Notes under the pieces: generated by a model | The model's input: the letters and a program-made list of their open reading frames with translations, nothing else | Database searches by the model: none | Told to the model about the DNA's origin: nothing | Part shown: one piece after another, positions 20,416 to 30,424 of the stretch | Position numbering within the stretch: position 1 is the first letter of the stretch | Layout: the number at the start of each line of letters is the position of its first letter | Program-made: the position numbers and the translations under genes | NCBI GenBank assembly: GCA_903851235.1 | Contig: CAINNR010000032.1 | Location: 25-64,024 of the forward strand | Length of the DNA stretch: 64,000 nucleotides | Origin: an uncultured Candidatus Berkelbacteria bacterium | Lineage (GTDB): Bacteria > Patescibacteriota > UBA1384 > XYA2-FULL-43-10 > CAINNR01 | Direction: 5' to 3'

Positions 20416-20826
20416 ATGGATTTTATTAGCAATTCTCCTGCGGAAACGGAGAAGCTGGCCAAAAAGTTTATCAAAAATTTTCCCGACACAGTTTTAGTTG
20501 GGCTTTCTGGTGATCTCGGCTCCGGCAAGACTGCTTTTGTTAAAGGTTTGTCTAAAGCTTTGGGAATCAAAAAAAATGTTACAAGTCCGACTTTTGTTAT
20601 TGAGAAGATTTATCAGGGCAAAAGTCGTCAGCTAATCCATATCGATGCTTATCGCTTATCAACAGAAAGCGATTTGCAAACTATCGGTTTTTATGAGTTT
20701 ATTCATAACCCCAAAAACATCATTGTCATCGAGTGGCCGGAGAAAGTTTTCAGCAAAATCCCAGAAAGAATGAGGATAATTAAATTTAGTTATGTTGACG
20801 AAAACAAACGAAAAATCAACTGGTAA
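20416..20826 (+). CDS. tsaE: tRNA t6A37 biosynthesis ATPase TsaE.
   Basis: P-loop 'GDLGSGKTAFVKGL'. Length 136 aa. Confidence 0.85.
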   Translation: MDFISNSPAETEKLAKKFIKNFPDTVLVGLSGDLGSGKTAFVKGLSKALGIKKNVTSPTFVIEKIYQGKSRQLIHIDAYRLSTESDLQTIGFYEFIHNPKNIIVIEWPEKVFSKIPERMRIIKFSYVDENKRKINW

Positions 20827-21193
20827 TTCGCTATTTATCAATACCGCTGACGAACAAACAAGGGTCGTCATTTTTTCAGATGGAAAAGCAATCGCCGAAA
20901 AATCTTGGAACGGTCGTTTTGAGCTTTCTGACAGACTTTTAATTGAAATCAATCAATTGGTCAAAAAAAATACTATCGAAATTGATTCGATCAGAGTTTT
21001 CCCCGGCCCCGGATCTTACACTGGTTTGCGGATTGGGGTTACTGTGGCGAATTTTCTTGCCTGGTCTTACCGGGTTCCAATTTTCCCGGCCGATGACAGT
21101 GGTAATATCACCAGTAAACAAAAAGATTTTATTTTGCCGATTTATTTAAACGACGCTCAGATCACTAAGTCAAGATCGAAAATTAAAATATAG
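20792..21193 (+). CDS. tsaB: tRNA t6A37 biosynthesis protein TsaB. The start is uncertain and probably lies downstream of 20792.
   Basis: 'VFPGPGSYTGLRIGVTVANFLAWSYRVPIF' is typical of TsaB/YeaZ. Confidence 0.8.
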   Translation: MLTKTNEKSTGNSLFINTADEQTRVVIFSDGKAIAEKSWNGRFELSDRLLIEINQLVKKNTIEIDSIRVFPGPGSYTGLRIGVTVANFLAWSYRVPIFPADDSGNITSKQKDFILPIYLNDAQITKSRSKIKI

Positions 21194-21255
21194 TACTGGA
21201 CATCTTATTTCGATCTTTGATACAATACAACCACGAAGGATAATTTATTTTTTTT

Positions 21256-22611
21256 ATGTCAAAAATACTTCTCGAAAACCCGGGACAAAAACCAAAACAA
21301 AAATTCAAAAAGAAACTTTGGATTTGGTTTTCGATAATTTTGGTTATCATTTTGGCGATTGTCGGCGGATATTACTACTACGGTGATAAAATTTTTACCA
21401 AAAATTCAACTGCCGGTTCGCCAATTTTGAAAAAAGCTGCTGATGGCAACAGCATTTCACTTTCGCAGGAGGATGATTCGCGAATTAACATTTTGTTCTT
21501 GGGCTACCAGGGTGCCGGTTCACAGGGCGCGTTTTTAACCGACACGATTCAGGTCGCTTCGATCGATCCGATCAACAAAACCTACACCATGATTTCAATT
21601 CCCCGCGATTTGTATGTTAAAATCTCCTCGCCTTCGTACGCTGGAAAAATCAATGGTGTTTATGAACAGGGTGCGCCGATCGGTAACTCGAAATATGATG
21701 GAGCGGCGTTAATCAAGCAGGAAGTCGGAACAATTATCGATGTCCCGATTCACTACTACGTCGGTGTCAGTTTAAATGGTTTTGTTCAAGAGGTTAACAA
21801 CATTGGCGGACTTGATCTTAACGTTGCCAAGCGGTTGGTAGATTACAATTATCCGGCAACGATGTATGACACCGGTCCGGTAAAAACCGTTACTTTCAGC
21901 GCCGGTATGCAACACATGGATGGAGCGACGGCTTTGGAATATGCTCGCAGTCGCGAATCAACCTCGGACTTTGACCGTTCCGGCCGCCAGCAAATTGTGA
22001 TTTCCGCCTTTGTCAAAAAATTATTGTCACTTGGGACTCTGAGTAACCCAGCTAAAATCGCCGGATTGGTTAATATTGCCAGTTCGAGCATTAAAACCGA
22101 TCTTAGCTTATCGGAAATTGACGATGTTGCGACAATTATCAAACAAATCGATACAACAAAAACCACCGACGCCGTAATCGACAATTCGGCAACTGGTCCG
22201 CTTTACGGCGCAACGATTGATGGTCAAGATTGTTTGACGGCAAAAGGTGGCAATTGGACCCAAGTTCAGGAGTTTGCCCATCAATATCTACCAGATCCGT
22301 TTATCACCAAAGAAGCGGCACAAATCGAACTTAAAAACGCTGCCGGCAAAACCGTCAGTGGTAACAATGTTTCAAAATTCTTAAAAAGTTATGGCTACAA
22401 CATCATTGACACAGTAGTTGCACCGGAAACACAAACAAAAACTATCATCTATGATTACTCTGGTGGCAAAAAAAAATATACTTTGCAATTCCTGGCAAGT
22501 CGTCTGAACGCCAAGGTTATCGGCAAATCAAAGCCGGCGGGATCAACTCTTGACCTTGAGATAATTATCGGGCAAGATAAAAAAGATGCCTATGCGAACA
22601 CTTCGAACTAA
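21256..22611 (+). CDS. LytR-CpsA-Psr (LCP) family cell-envelope glycopolymer ligase.
   Basis: N-terminal TM segment. 'NILFLGYQGAGSQGAFLTDTIQVASIDPINKTYTMISIPRDLYV' is the LCP core. Confidence 0.8.
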   Translation: MSKILLENPGQKPKQKFKKKLWIWFSIILVIILAIVGGYYYYGDKIFTKNSTAGSPILKKAADGNSISLSQEDDSRINILFLGYQGAGSQGAFLTDTIQVASIDPINKTYTMISIPRDLYVKISSPSYAGKINGVYEQGAPIGNSKYDGAALIKQEVGTIIDVPIHYYVGVSLNGFVQEVNNIGGLDLNVAKRLVDYNYPATMYDTGPVKTVTFSAGMQHMDGATALEYARSRESTSDFDRSGRQQIVISAFVKKLLSLGTLSNPAKIAGLVNIASSSIKTDLSLSEIDDVATIIKQIDTTKTTDAVIDNSATGPLYGATIDGQDCLTAKGGNWTQVQEFAHQYLPDPFITKEAAQIELKNAAGKTVSGNNVSKFLKSYGYNIIDTVVAPETQTKTIIYDYSGGKKKYTLQFLASRLNAKVIGKSKPAGSTLDLEIIIGQDKKDAYANTSN

Positions 22612-23161
22612 CAACTTGTATTCTTCAATTGTTTTGGTTTTTTTAATTTTATGGGGCACGGCCTCATTTTTTGTTTTTTCAACTTTTTTGAATCTCGGCT
22701 GGGTATTGTTGGCGGTCGGGCTAATTGCAGCCTATTGTGCTGTTACAGAACAAGCCGGATATTTTGTCCTTATTTTGATTACTTTTTATAACTCATATTT
22801 TCTTTATGGGCTGCAATCTGCGACCGAGCTCCCTCTTTGGCTCTTGCTTCTAATTTTGGCCTCTGTCTTGGGATTTACTTTTTTTCTGCTTAAGCAACAG
22901 TTTGTTTCTGACAACGAAAACTCTTTTCTAGTATTGATTTTCTTTCTAATTTCGATGATGGAAATTTATCTATCTCTAAGCTATTGGTTAATAAATCCAC
23001 TAACAAAAAGTTTAATAATGGGAGTTTTTTCCTACCTTTTTGCTGGTTACTTGGCCAATACTCACTCCGACGGTGTTGTCGATAAGAAATTCTATCGATA
23101 CATTTATTTAGCAATTATTGTTCTGGCAGCCTTATTTTTTACCGTCTCCTGGGGACAGTAA
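22586..23161 (+). CDS. Polytopic membrane protein, hypothetical.
   Basis: Entirely hydrophobic 190-aa ORF overlapping the LCP stop. Confidence 0.5.
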   Translation: MPMRTLRTNNLYSSIVLVFLILWGTASFFVFSTFLNLGWVLLAVGLIAAYCAVTEQAGYFVLILITFYNSYFLYGLQSATELPLWLLLLILASVLGFTFFLLKQQFVSDNENSFLVLIFFLISMMEIYLSLSYWLINPLTKSLIMGVFSYLFAGYLANTHSDGVVDKKFYRYIYLAIIVLAALFFTVSWGQ

Positions 23162-23240
23162 TCTGATACTTTCTTATCTCCTGTTTGTTTGGGTTGCATT
23201 TCTACATCTTTTTAGATAAGATTTATATGAGGAAAAAAAT

Positions 23241-24278
23241 ATGGAAAAAATCAAAAAAATGTTTCTAATGGTTTGGAAGTTTTTCATTAAAATCGGTTTT
23301 AGTATTTGGAAGTTTTGTCTGAAAGTCGTTGATGTAATTAAAAAAATCAGAAATGGTCAGGCGTTGGAACTCCACCCTTTGGTTGGTATCTGGGCAAACA
23401 GAGTTTTTTATGCAATTTTTGTTTTATCACTTCTTGTTTTCGCTTTTGGAACTGCGATTGGAATTGGAATTTATAAATACAAAACAAACGATCAGGTTAC
23501 TAGGATAGTGGCAAAAGTCATTCCCTATCCGGCAGCGATTGTTCAGGGCAGAATTGTCACCATGGATAGTTACTATAAGAATTATCAGTATATCAGTAAA
23601 TTTTACTCATCAACCCAGCAAACCGGTGTTGATTACGGCACGGTAAAATCGCAAATAATGGATCAATTGGTTGATAATGAAATAATGGAAAGCCAAGCAA
23701 AAAAATTTGGCGTAACTGTGTCTAACGCCGATATCACCAACGCTTATAGTGATGTTGTGGCGCAAAACGGCGGAGAAGATGAGGTGAAGAAGGTTCTAAA
23801 TGATCTATATGGCTTAAATGTTGCCGATTTCAAGCAGTTAATCGCCGATCAGATTTTGCAACAGAAGTTGCAAGATGCAGTGCCGGTCCAAATTGATGCC
23901 AGCCACATTCTAATTCGAGTCGATCAAAATGCCGATGCGCCAACGGTTGCGGCGGCGAAAGCGAAAATCGATAAAGTTGCCGCCGATCTTAAGGCTGGAG
24001 CTAACTTTGCTGCCGAAGCTAAACAGTATAGCGAAGACACCGGTTCGGCGACTTCGGGTGGTGAGCTGGGATACTTTTCTCGCGGCCAAATGGATAGTGA
24101 TTTTGAAAAGGTTGCATTTACAACTCCCGTCGGACAAATTTCCGCGCCATTTCGGACACAATTCGGTTGGCATATACTAAAGGTCAATGCCAAAAAGGGT
24201 CAAGTTGACGCCAGTTTCACTGATTGGTTGGCTGGCCTGCGCAAAGACAGTCTGATCATCCGAATGTTCAAATCATAA
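23241..24278 (+). CDS. Peptidyl-prolyl cis-trans isomerase, PpiC/parvulin type (PrsA/SurA-like), membrane-anchored.
   Basis: 'ASHILIRV...GGELGYFSRGQM...FGWHILKV' is the parvulin domain. Confidence 0.8.
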   Translation: MEKIKKMFLMVWKFFIKIGFSIWKFCLKVVDVIKKIRNGQALELHPLVGIWANRVFYAIFVLSLLVFAFGTAIGIGIYKYKTNDQVTRIVAKVIPYPAAIVQGRIVTMDSYYKNYQYISKFYSSTQQTGVDYGTVKSQIMDQLVDNEIMESQAKKFGVTVSNADITNAYSDVVAQNGGEDEVKKVLNDLYGLNVADFKQLIADQILQQKLQDAVPVQIDASHILIRVDQNADAPTVAAAKAKIDKVAADLKAGANFAAEAKQYSEDTGSATSGGELGYFSRGQMDSDFEKVAFTTPVGQISAPFRTQFGWHILKVNAKKGQVDASFTDWLAGLRKDSLIIRMFKS

Positions 24279-24402
24279 TTTCCATATCAAATAGTTTTTT
24301 AAAAAAAACGGTGGCAATCATCTTCCCGCCGTTTTTTTCTTTATTTGATTGCAGCAAGTAATTATGATATATATTATTTAGCAAACAACTCCTCTGAAAG
24401 AG

Positions 24403-24765
24403 GTGCTGACGATGCAAAAAGGACCACTGATTGTTATTGCTATTATGTTTTTTTGGCTGAGTTGTGCGTTGGCGGTGGACCATTTTGTTAGAGTTCCGGG
24501 GTTTGATCCCGCGACGCGTTATTGGTTGGGGCTGATTACTGTAATAATCCAGCCGGTAATTGGTTTGATCGCTTTGGTAATCGGAGTGTTACAAGAGAAT
24601 GGGGAATATGCAGAAGTTGTTTCATGGACGATTCCAAGTTGCTTTTTAGTTGGATTATTCTTGACACCGTCAGCGCTAGATGTCAGGTTTGTCGAATTAC
24701 TTGTTGTCTACGCATCAGTTATCGCATTAGGATCATATCTGGCAAGACGTAAAACTGGCAGGTAA
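24403..24765 (+). CDS. Small membrane protein, hypothetical.
   Basis: 120-aa hydrophobic ORF with an upstream terminator and promoter-like sequence. Confidence 0.45.
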   Translation: MLTMQKGPLIVIAIMFFWLSCALAVDHFVRVPGFDPATRYWLGLITVIIQPVIGLIALVIGVLQENGEYAEVVSWTIPSCFLVGLFLTPSALDVRFVELLVVYASVIALGSYLARRKTGR

Positions 24766-25019
24766 CTGATTGTTCTCTGCCGTAGCCCTGACCTCCTCGC
24801 CCTTTGCCGGGCGAGATTTTTTTATCTGGCTTGGGCTTGCCAACTCTTTTAAAATACATCCGAGAGAAAAAATTATCTCTGGGAAAAGTTTATTGGAAAA
24901 AATCCAAATGAATAAAACCGGGGATAAAAACAGCGGCAAGAAATGCCGCCGATAAAACAGTTGGGACTTAATAAATTGGTCTTGCTTTTTCCCCCATCAT
25001 CAACTATTATATAACAGAA

Positions 25020-25481
25020 ATGAAAAAATCCGAGAATAAGAAATATCAAGAGTTGGAGACGAAAATCGCCGAATTGACTGCCGGCTGGCAGCGAACTCAG
25101 GCCGATTTTTTGAACTTTAAAAAACAAACTGCCGACGAGAGAATTCGATTAATAAAATCTGCCGGCGCCGATTTGGTTGATCAGCTTTTACCGGTTTTGG
25201 ATCACTTTCAATTAGCGGCGAGACATTTGCCCAAAGAGTTGGAAAATGATAACTGGGCAATCGGTATTAAACAAATTGAAAAACAGTTTGAAAATATTTT
25301 GTTCGAAAACGGTTTGGAACGGATTATCTCGATTGACCGGGAATTTGATCCCGAGTTTCATGAGGCGGTGGAGGAAGTTGAGTCAGAAAAACCGTCAGGG
25401 ACTATCGTTGATGAGATTCTTTCCGGTTATAAATTTTCCGCTGTTGTAATCCGCCCGGCTAAAGTCAAAGTTGCAAAATAA
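25020..25481 (+). CDS. grpE: Nucleotide exchange factor GrpE.
   Basis: Coiled-coil N-terminus plus the C-terminal 'FDPEFHEAV...G...V.RPA.V.V' GrpE beta-domain. Confidence 0.85.
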   Translation: MKKSENKKYQELETKIAELTAGWQRTQADFLNFKKQTADERIRLIKSAGADLVDQLLPVLDHFQLAARHLPKELENDNWAIGIKQIEKQFENILFENGLERIISIDREFDPEFHEAVEEVESEKPSGTIVDEILSGYKFSAVVIRPAKVKVAK

Positions 25482-25597
25482 CAATTTAGTTAATCTCTTC
25501 AAATATTTTCATTGCAAATAAAAAATAGCGGATTACGGTTGCTGCCATGTTTTGGATTGATGGTGGGGCAGTTATTAAATTCTAATTTTGAATAAAG

Positions 25598-25631
25598 AAA
25601 AAAAATCGGCTCTGACGGCCGATTTTTTCTT
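25598..25631. terminator. Bidirectional intrinsic terminator between grpE and ppdK.
   Basis: aaaaaaaa-tcggc-tctgac-gccga-tttttt. Confidence 0.6.
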
Positions 25632-25659
25632 ATTAACATCATTATTTAAACAAATCATT

Positions 25660-28344
25660 TTATTTCGAAGTATATTCTTTACTATCCCGCTCCTCAATCA
25701 CCGCTTGGGCAGCGGCCAGGCAAGCGATCGGTACTCTAAATGGTGAGCAGGAAACATAATCCATTCCGGCTCGGTGGCAGAATTTGACCGAGTCCGGATC
25801 GCCACCATGTTCGCCGCAAATACCGATTTTCAATTTCGCTTTTACCGATCGACCCTTTTTAATACCGATTTTCACCAATTGACCGACGCCGTCTTGATCC
25901 AAAGTTTGGAACGGATCGGAGGCGAAGATTCTTTTCTCCAAGTAGACTTTGATAAATTTGCCGGCGTCGTCACGGGAGAAACCCATAGTCATTTGGGTCA
26001 GATCATTGGTACCAAAGGAGAAGAACTCGGCGGCTTCGGCGATCTTGTCGGCGGTAATTGCTGCTCGTGGCACTTCAATCATCGTACCAACCAGATATTT
26101 AATTTTTAGGCCGTAAGCTTTCATTGTCTCGTTGGCGACTCGGTCAATTATTTCACGCTGATCACGAAATTCGGCAACATCGCCAACCAATGGCACCATA
26201 ATCTCCGGCACGATTTTAATACCCTTCTTCTTCGCCAGTTCACAAGCGGCGGAAATTATTGCCTTTGTTTGCATTTCGGTTATTTCAGGATAAGTGATTC
26301 CCAGACGGCAACCGCGATGGCCGAGCATCGGATTAAATTCGTGCAAATCTTCGGTTTTCTGCCAGATGGTTTTGGCATCAATACCAATTTTCTGTGACAG
26401 CTCCTTGGCTTCTTCTTTGGTTTTTGGCAAAAATTCATGAAGCGGTGGATCAAGCAGACGAACGGTGACGGCGAAACCTTTCATTTCTTCAAATAATCCG
26501 AGAAAATCGGCTTTCTGAAACGGCAAAAGTTTTTCCAGCGCCGCTTGGCGATCAGCAAGGTCCTCAACCAAAATCATCTTTTGCATCAATGGTAATCTGG
26601 CGGCGTCAAAGAACATGTGCTCGGTGCGACAAAGTCCGATTCCTTCAGCGCCGAATTCGGCGGCAGTTTTAGCGTCGCGCGGAATGTCGGCGTTGGAGCG
26701 GACTCTAAGGCGTCGTGTCTTGTTGACCCAGCCCATCAAAGTGCCAAAATCTCCGGAGAGTTTGGCTTCAATCGTTGGAACTTGACCCAAAATGACTTCA
26801 CCGGTCGAGCCGTTGATTGAAATCCAATCACCGGCTTTGACGGTTTTGCCAGCGACAACCATTTTGCCGTTTTTTTCGTCAACCTTAATGTCTTCGCAGC
26901 CGGCGACGCAACACTTGCCCATGCCGCGAGCGACAACGGCGGCGTGCGAGGTCATCCCACCCCTGCCGGTCAGTATTCCTTGGGCAACTTCCATGCCGGA
27001 AATGTCGTCCGGACAGGTTTCGGTCCGGACCAAAATCAGTTTTTCCTTTTCCTTTTTGACCGCGTCTTCGGAGCTAAAAACTACTCGACCGACAGCGGCA
27101 CCGGGAGAAGCCGGCAGTCCGCTGGCAACAACGTCATATTTTACCTTGGCGTCGAAAACCGGATGCAATAGTTGATTCAAACTTTCTGCTTCAACGCGCA
27201 TGATTGCCTGATCAATCGTAATCATCTTTTCGCCTACCATATCAACGGCGATTTTAACCGCCGCCTCGGCCGTTCGCTTGCCGGTTCGGGTTTGTAACAT
27301 ATATAATTTGCCCTGCTCGATGGTAAATTCAAAATCCTGAATATCTTTGTAGTGTTGCTCCAAATTATCAGTGATTGATTTTAATTCGGCGAAAGCTTTC
27401 GGCAGGTCTTTTTTCAACTCCAAAATCGGTTTCGGCGTTCGAATTCCGGCAACGACATCTTCGCCTTGAGCGTTGGTCAAATATTCACCGTAAAATTCCC
27501 TGGCTCCGGTTGATGGATTTCTGGTAAAGCCGACACCGGTGGCGCAATCATTGCCCATATTGCCAAAAACCATCGCTTGAACATTTACCGCCGTTCCCAG
27601 ATCATCGGCAATCTTATTCATCCGTCGATAGGTGAAAGCTCGCGGATTATTCCAGCTTTTAAACACTGCATCCCTTGCCATATCCAATTGGACCCCAGGG
27701 TCTGTTGGGAATTCACGGCCGGTACGCTTTTTAACTAGCTCTTTGTACCTGCGAATTACGATATCCAAGTCATCTTCGCGAAGCTCGGTATCCAATTTAA
27801 TTTTCGCGCTGTCTTTTACATGATCCAAAATTTCCTCAAACAAAGCTTTTTCAACTTCTAAAACAACGTCGGAGAACATTTGAATAAATCGGCGATAAGC
27901 GTCCAGGGCGAAACGACGATTTCCGGATTTTTCCGCCAATGCCCTGACTGTTTCCTCATTTAATCCCAAGTTCAAAATTGTGTCCATCATTCCCGGCATC
28001 GAAAATTTTGCCCCGGAACGAACTGAAACCAAAAGCGGATTTTCCGCATCGCCGAACTTCTTATCGACAGCTTTTTCCATTTTAGCAATCGCCTTTTTGT
28101 ATTCGCTGTCAAAACCTGTTGGCATTTTGCCCTTGTTATCGGAGAAATAATTGCAAACTTTAGTCGTGATTGTAAAACCCGGAGGAACCGGAACGCCTAA
28201 ATTATCCATCTCCGCTAAGTTAGCACCCTTGCCACCCAGAAGATCCTTCATTTTGCCGTTTCCCTCGGCTTTTTTGCCACCGAAAGAGTAAACCATTTTT
28301 TTTCTATCCGTTGCCATTTTTCTCCTATAAAATAAAAATCCCAA
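25660..28344 (-). CDS. ppdK: Pyruvate, phosphate dikinase.
   Basis: 894 aa. Phosphohistidine loop 'GGMTSHAAVVARGMG' plus PEP-utilising and ATP-grasp regions. Confidence 0.93.
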   Translation of the reverse strand: MGFLFYRRKMATDRKKMVYSFGGKKAEGNGKMKDLLGGKGANLAEMDNLGVPVPPGFTITTKVCNYFSDNKGKMPTGFDSEYKKAIAKMEKAVDKKFGDAENPLLVSVRSGAKFSMPGMMDTILNLGLNEETVRALAEKSGNRRFALDAYRRFIQMFSDVVLEVEKALFEEILDHVKDSAKIKLDTELREDDLDIVIRRYKELVKKRTGREFPTDPGVQLDMARDAVFKSWNNPRAFTYRRMNKIADDLGTAVNVQAMVFGNMGNDCATGVGFTRNPSTGAREFYGEYLTNAQGEDVVAGIRTPKPILELKKDLPKAFAELKSITDNLEQHYKDIQDFEFTIEQGKLYMLQTRTGKRTAEAAVKIAVDMVGEKMITIDQAIMRVEAESLNQLLHPVFDAKVKYDVVASGLPASPGAAVGRVVFSSEDAVKKEKEKLILVRTETCPDDISGMEVAQGILTGRGGMTSHAAVVARGMGKCCVAGCEDIKVDEKNGKMVVAGKTVKAGDWISINGSTGEVILGQVPTIEAKLSGDFGTLMGWVNKTRRLRVRSNADIPRDAKTAAEFGAEGIGLCRTEHMFFDAARLPLMQKMILVEDLADRQAALEKLLPFQKADFLGLFEEMKGFAVTVRLLDPPLHEFLPKTKEEAKELSQKIGIDAKTIWQKTEDLHEFNPMLGHRGCRLGITYPEITEMQTKAIISAACELAKKKGIKIVPEIMVPLVGDVAEFRDQREIIDRVANETMKAYGLKIKYLVGTMIEVPRAAITADKIAEAAEFFSFGTNDLTQMTMGFSRDDAGKFIKVYLEKRIFASDPFQTLDQDGVGQLVKIGIKKGRSVKAKLKIGICGEHGGDPDSVKFCHRAGMDYVSCSPFRVPIACLAAAQAVIEERDSKEYTSK

Positions 28345-28725
28345 TTTTCAAGGTTCAATTTTCAGGAAGTTCCCAATGATTAAATTGCTAAAGACAAAAA
28401 ATTGAAGATTTTAAATTGAAAATTTGTTGATTAATTATTTCCAATTTAGCAAAAAATTTGATATAAATCAAATAAGACCAATACCTAGGGGGCAATTAGA
28501 TGATAAAGGCAAGCGTTCGCAGGATGATATTAAGGGCGATAAGGGCGACAACGCCAGCTGTTTGTTCATCAGCCGTGACAACTCGAAGTTTCCCAGCTTC
28601 CGATTTGAAAACACTGCCACTAAGTCCGCGGTTGGTTGTTGATGCAAGAGTTGCATTCTCAACGAAATCAGGACAGAACACTGAGGTCGCAACGTAGCGG
28701 CCTCATTTTTTTTCCAAAAAAACCC

Positions 28726-28754
28726 TTGACAAGGATAAAAGTATTTGCTATGAT
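28726..28754 (+). promoter_or_regulatory. Perfect-consensus sigma70 promoter driving a structured leader plus the tRNA cluster.
   Basis: TTGACA, 17 nt, TATGAT. Confidence 0.65.
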
Positions 28755-28759
28755 TTATT

Positions 28760-28974
28760 TTGTCGTTTTTAAACGGGAAGGTTGCCAGCGTTTCCTCGGT
28801 AGTGGCTAGACCTCTGGCTACTTGTGACTCTCTTGATTGGGGCAAAGAGTGTCGCCTGCTGTTCCCACCGAGATGTACCTGGCAACTTTCCCGTCCAGCC
28901 AGCTTTGCGTCGCGACCTGCGATCTCTCCCCCCCCCACAGGGGTCGCAGTGTCGCGACGCTTGATCTGTCAGTT
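28760..28974 (+). ncRNA. GC-rich structured RNA (about 215 nt) between the promoter and tRNA-Lys. Function unknown; possibly a precursor leader or a novel ncRNA.
   Basis: Includes a ~20-bp hairpin gcgtcgcgacctgcgatc-[C-rich loop]-ggtcgcagtgtcgcgacgc ending 15 nt before the tRNA. Confidence 0.35.
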
Positions 28975-29050
28975 GAACTCGTAGCTCAGATGGTAGAGCA
29001 GGGGATTCTTAATCCCAAGGTCGAGGGTTCGACCCCCTCCGAGTTTGCCA
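28975..29050 (+). tRNA. tRNA-Lys (anticodon CTT).
   Basis: Manual cloverleaf: acceptor gaactcg/cgagttt, anticodon loop ttCTTaa, T-arm gaggg-ttcgacc-ccctc, encoded CCA. Confidence 0.8.
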
Positions 29051-29255
29051 TCTTAGGGGCAGCCATACATGGTTTGCCCTTTTTTATAACAAGAAAAACC
29101 CATGTCCGTGGGAATGGGGTAAATGATATAGATGCGGCGTAGGCGTAAGTCCGGTTTATCTTATTGCAATAATTTTCCTCAAAACGGAAAATTTCCATTG
29201 CCATATTGACAAATTAATAGTAATTTGCTATACTGTCTTGACAGTGAATGGTGGT

Positions 29256-29340
29256 GCCGGAGTGGCGGAATGGCAGACGCAGGGGACTTAAAATCCCCCG
29301 TCCTCTGGGCGTGAGGGTTCGAGTCCCTCCTCCGGTACCA
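29256..29340 (+). tRNA. tRNA-Leu (anticodon TAA), with a long variable arm.
   Basis: Anticodon loop ctTAAaa, long variable arm, T-arm gaggg-ttcgagt-ccctc, CCA. Confidence 0.8.
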
Positions 29341-29350
29341 ACTTCGTGGT

Positions 29351-29426
29351 GCGCCTGTAGCTCAGCTGGTAGAGCAGCGGACTTTTAATCCGTTGGTCGC
29401 TGGTTCGAATCCAGCCAGGTGCACCA
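29351..29426 (+). tRNA. tRNA-Lys (anticodon TTT).
   Basis: Anticodon loop ctTTTaa, T-arm gctgg-ttcgaat-ccagc, CCA. Confidence 0.8.
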
Positions 29427-29430
29427 AAGC

Positions 29431-29506
29431 GTGCTTGTAGCTCAGTGGATAGAGCAGCGGCCTTCTAAGCCGTTGGTCGGCGGTTCGAATCCGCCCGAGC
29501 ACGCCA
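29431..29506 (+). tRNA. tRNA-Arg (anticodon TCT).
   Basis: Anticodon loop ctTCTaa, T-arm ggcgg-ttcgaat-ccgcc, CCA. Confidence 0.8.
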
Positions 29507-29591
29507 GCACTTATCCTTTTTTCCCAGCCGGACGACCAGAGAGTTGTCCGGTTTTTATTATTGTGCAATAATTATTTTGGAGGTGAACCAA

Positions 29592-29987
29592 GTGGACGAA
29601 CATCCGTGTTACGCTGTAGCTAACGAATGGAGTAGTGCTTGGTTAAATGTTTTTACCGAACAGTTTGAGGAAATTGCAGCGGATATCAAGGGAAGATTCA
29701 GTGTCCGTTATGATGCCAGAATTTGGATGACAACATACGGCAATATCCACGCAGTTAGTTTTGGAGTTAATGTTGAGCGGATTCCAAAAAGCAATTGGTT
29801 TTCCATGCTATGGTCGAGTATAAGCTGTTATGATGTAGAGTTTGTGCGAATTCTACCGCTTTACTCTTCGGATGATTGTTTGACCTTGGCTGTGGTTTGT
29901 AAAAACCCAATAATCTTCGCTTCTATCAGGTCTCACTTCCAAACTCTGGCCGAATCCAAGGGTGTTCGGCTCAACTATCTGTTTTAA
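29592..29987 (+). CDS. Hypothetical protein, GC-richer than the host DNA.
   Basis: GTG start (VDEHPCYAVANEW...) after GGAGGTGAacca. It lies directly downstream of the tRNA cluster. Confidence 0.45.
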   Translation: MDEHPCYAVANEWSSAWLNVFTEQFEEIAADIKGRFSVRYDARIWMTTYGNIHAVSFGVNVERIPKSNWFSMLWSSISCYDVEFVRILPLYSSDDCLTLAVVCKNPIIFASIRSHFQTLAESKGVRLNYLF

Positions 29988-30082
29988 TCGATCCGTCAAT
30001 CGCCACTGATTTGCCGGTTTTCTTTTTGTCGAAAATTTGGTACTATAATACATAGTATATATCAGCACTTGTCTGGGAGGTG

Positions 30083-30424
30083 ATGGCTGTGAGCAAACTG
30101 CTCGGTCCGGACGATTGTGATTGCCTATGTCAGGGAGATACTCCGATCAAAATGGTTCAGGCTGTAGTCTGTTGTAGACGATGTCAAATTTGTGGAAGAA
30201 ATATCTGCACTGGCGCTTTCACACAGCACAAAGAACAATGCGGCGTATCGTCTGCAGAGAGGGAACAGGTGAATCTTCGTGATCGACGTCATTGCGGTGC
30301 CCATGTTGACGGCTTTGACCCGGATCCGTTGGCATTTTTAGCTGGTGTTAATGTTGATGAGTTGACCGGTAAAAAAGTTCGACTTCTTCGGCGATTAGTC
30401 AGAATTTTATTTGGAGGCAAATGA
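30083..30424 (+). CDS. Small Cys-rich (putative zinc-binding) protein, GC-rich.
   Basis: CDCLC...CCRRCQICGRNIC... SD GGGAGGTG precedes the ATG. Terminator at 30431-30458. Confidence 0.5.
   Translation: MAVSKLLGPDDCDCLCQGDTPIKMVQAVVCCRRCQICGRNICTGAFTQHKEQCGVSSAEREQVNLRDRRHCGAHVDGFDPDPLAFLAGVNVDELTGKKVRLLRRLVRILFGGK

Noticed and set aside
25774-27175. Multiple plus-strand ORFs (111, 67, 127 and 75 aa) inside ppdK, and similar antisense ORFs inside dnaK, the GT genes and the 3.4-kb lyase gene.
   Set aside because: They are antisense to long, well-conserved genes with no independent signals, so they are typical spurious frames.
28468-28938. 156-aa minus-strand ORF and several overlapping ORFs in the ppdK/tRNA spacer.
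   Set aside because: They overlap a promoter, a long hairpin and the region immediately 5' of tRNA-Lys, and there are no RBSs. The region is more plausibly an RNA leader. Only the 28496-28700 block remains ambiguous.
28760-28974. Possible SRP RNA, RNase P RNA, tmRNA or 6S RNA.
   Set aside because: None of the diagnostic motifs (SRP domain IV GGAAGCAGCC-like, RNase P GNAAANUC/AGGAAAGUCC, tmRNA tRNA-like ends) are present by eye. It is left as an unclassified structured RNA.
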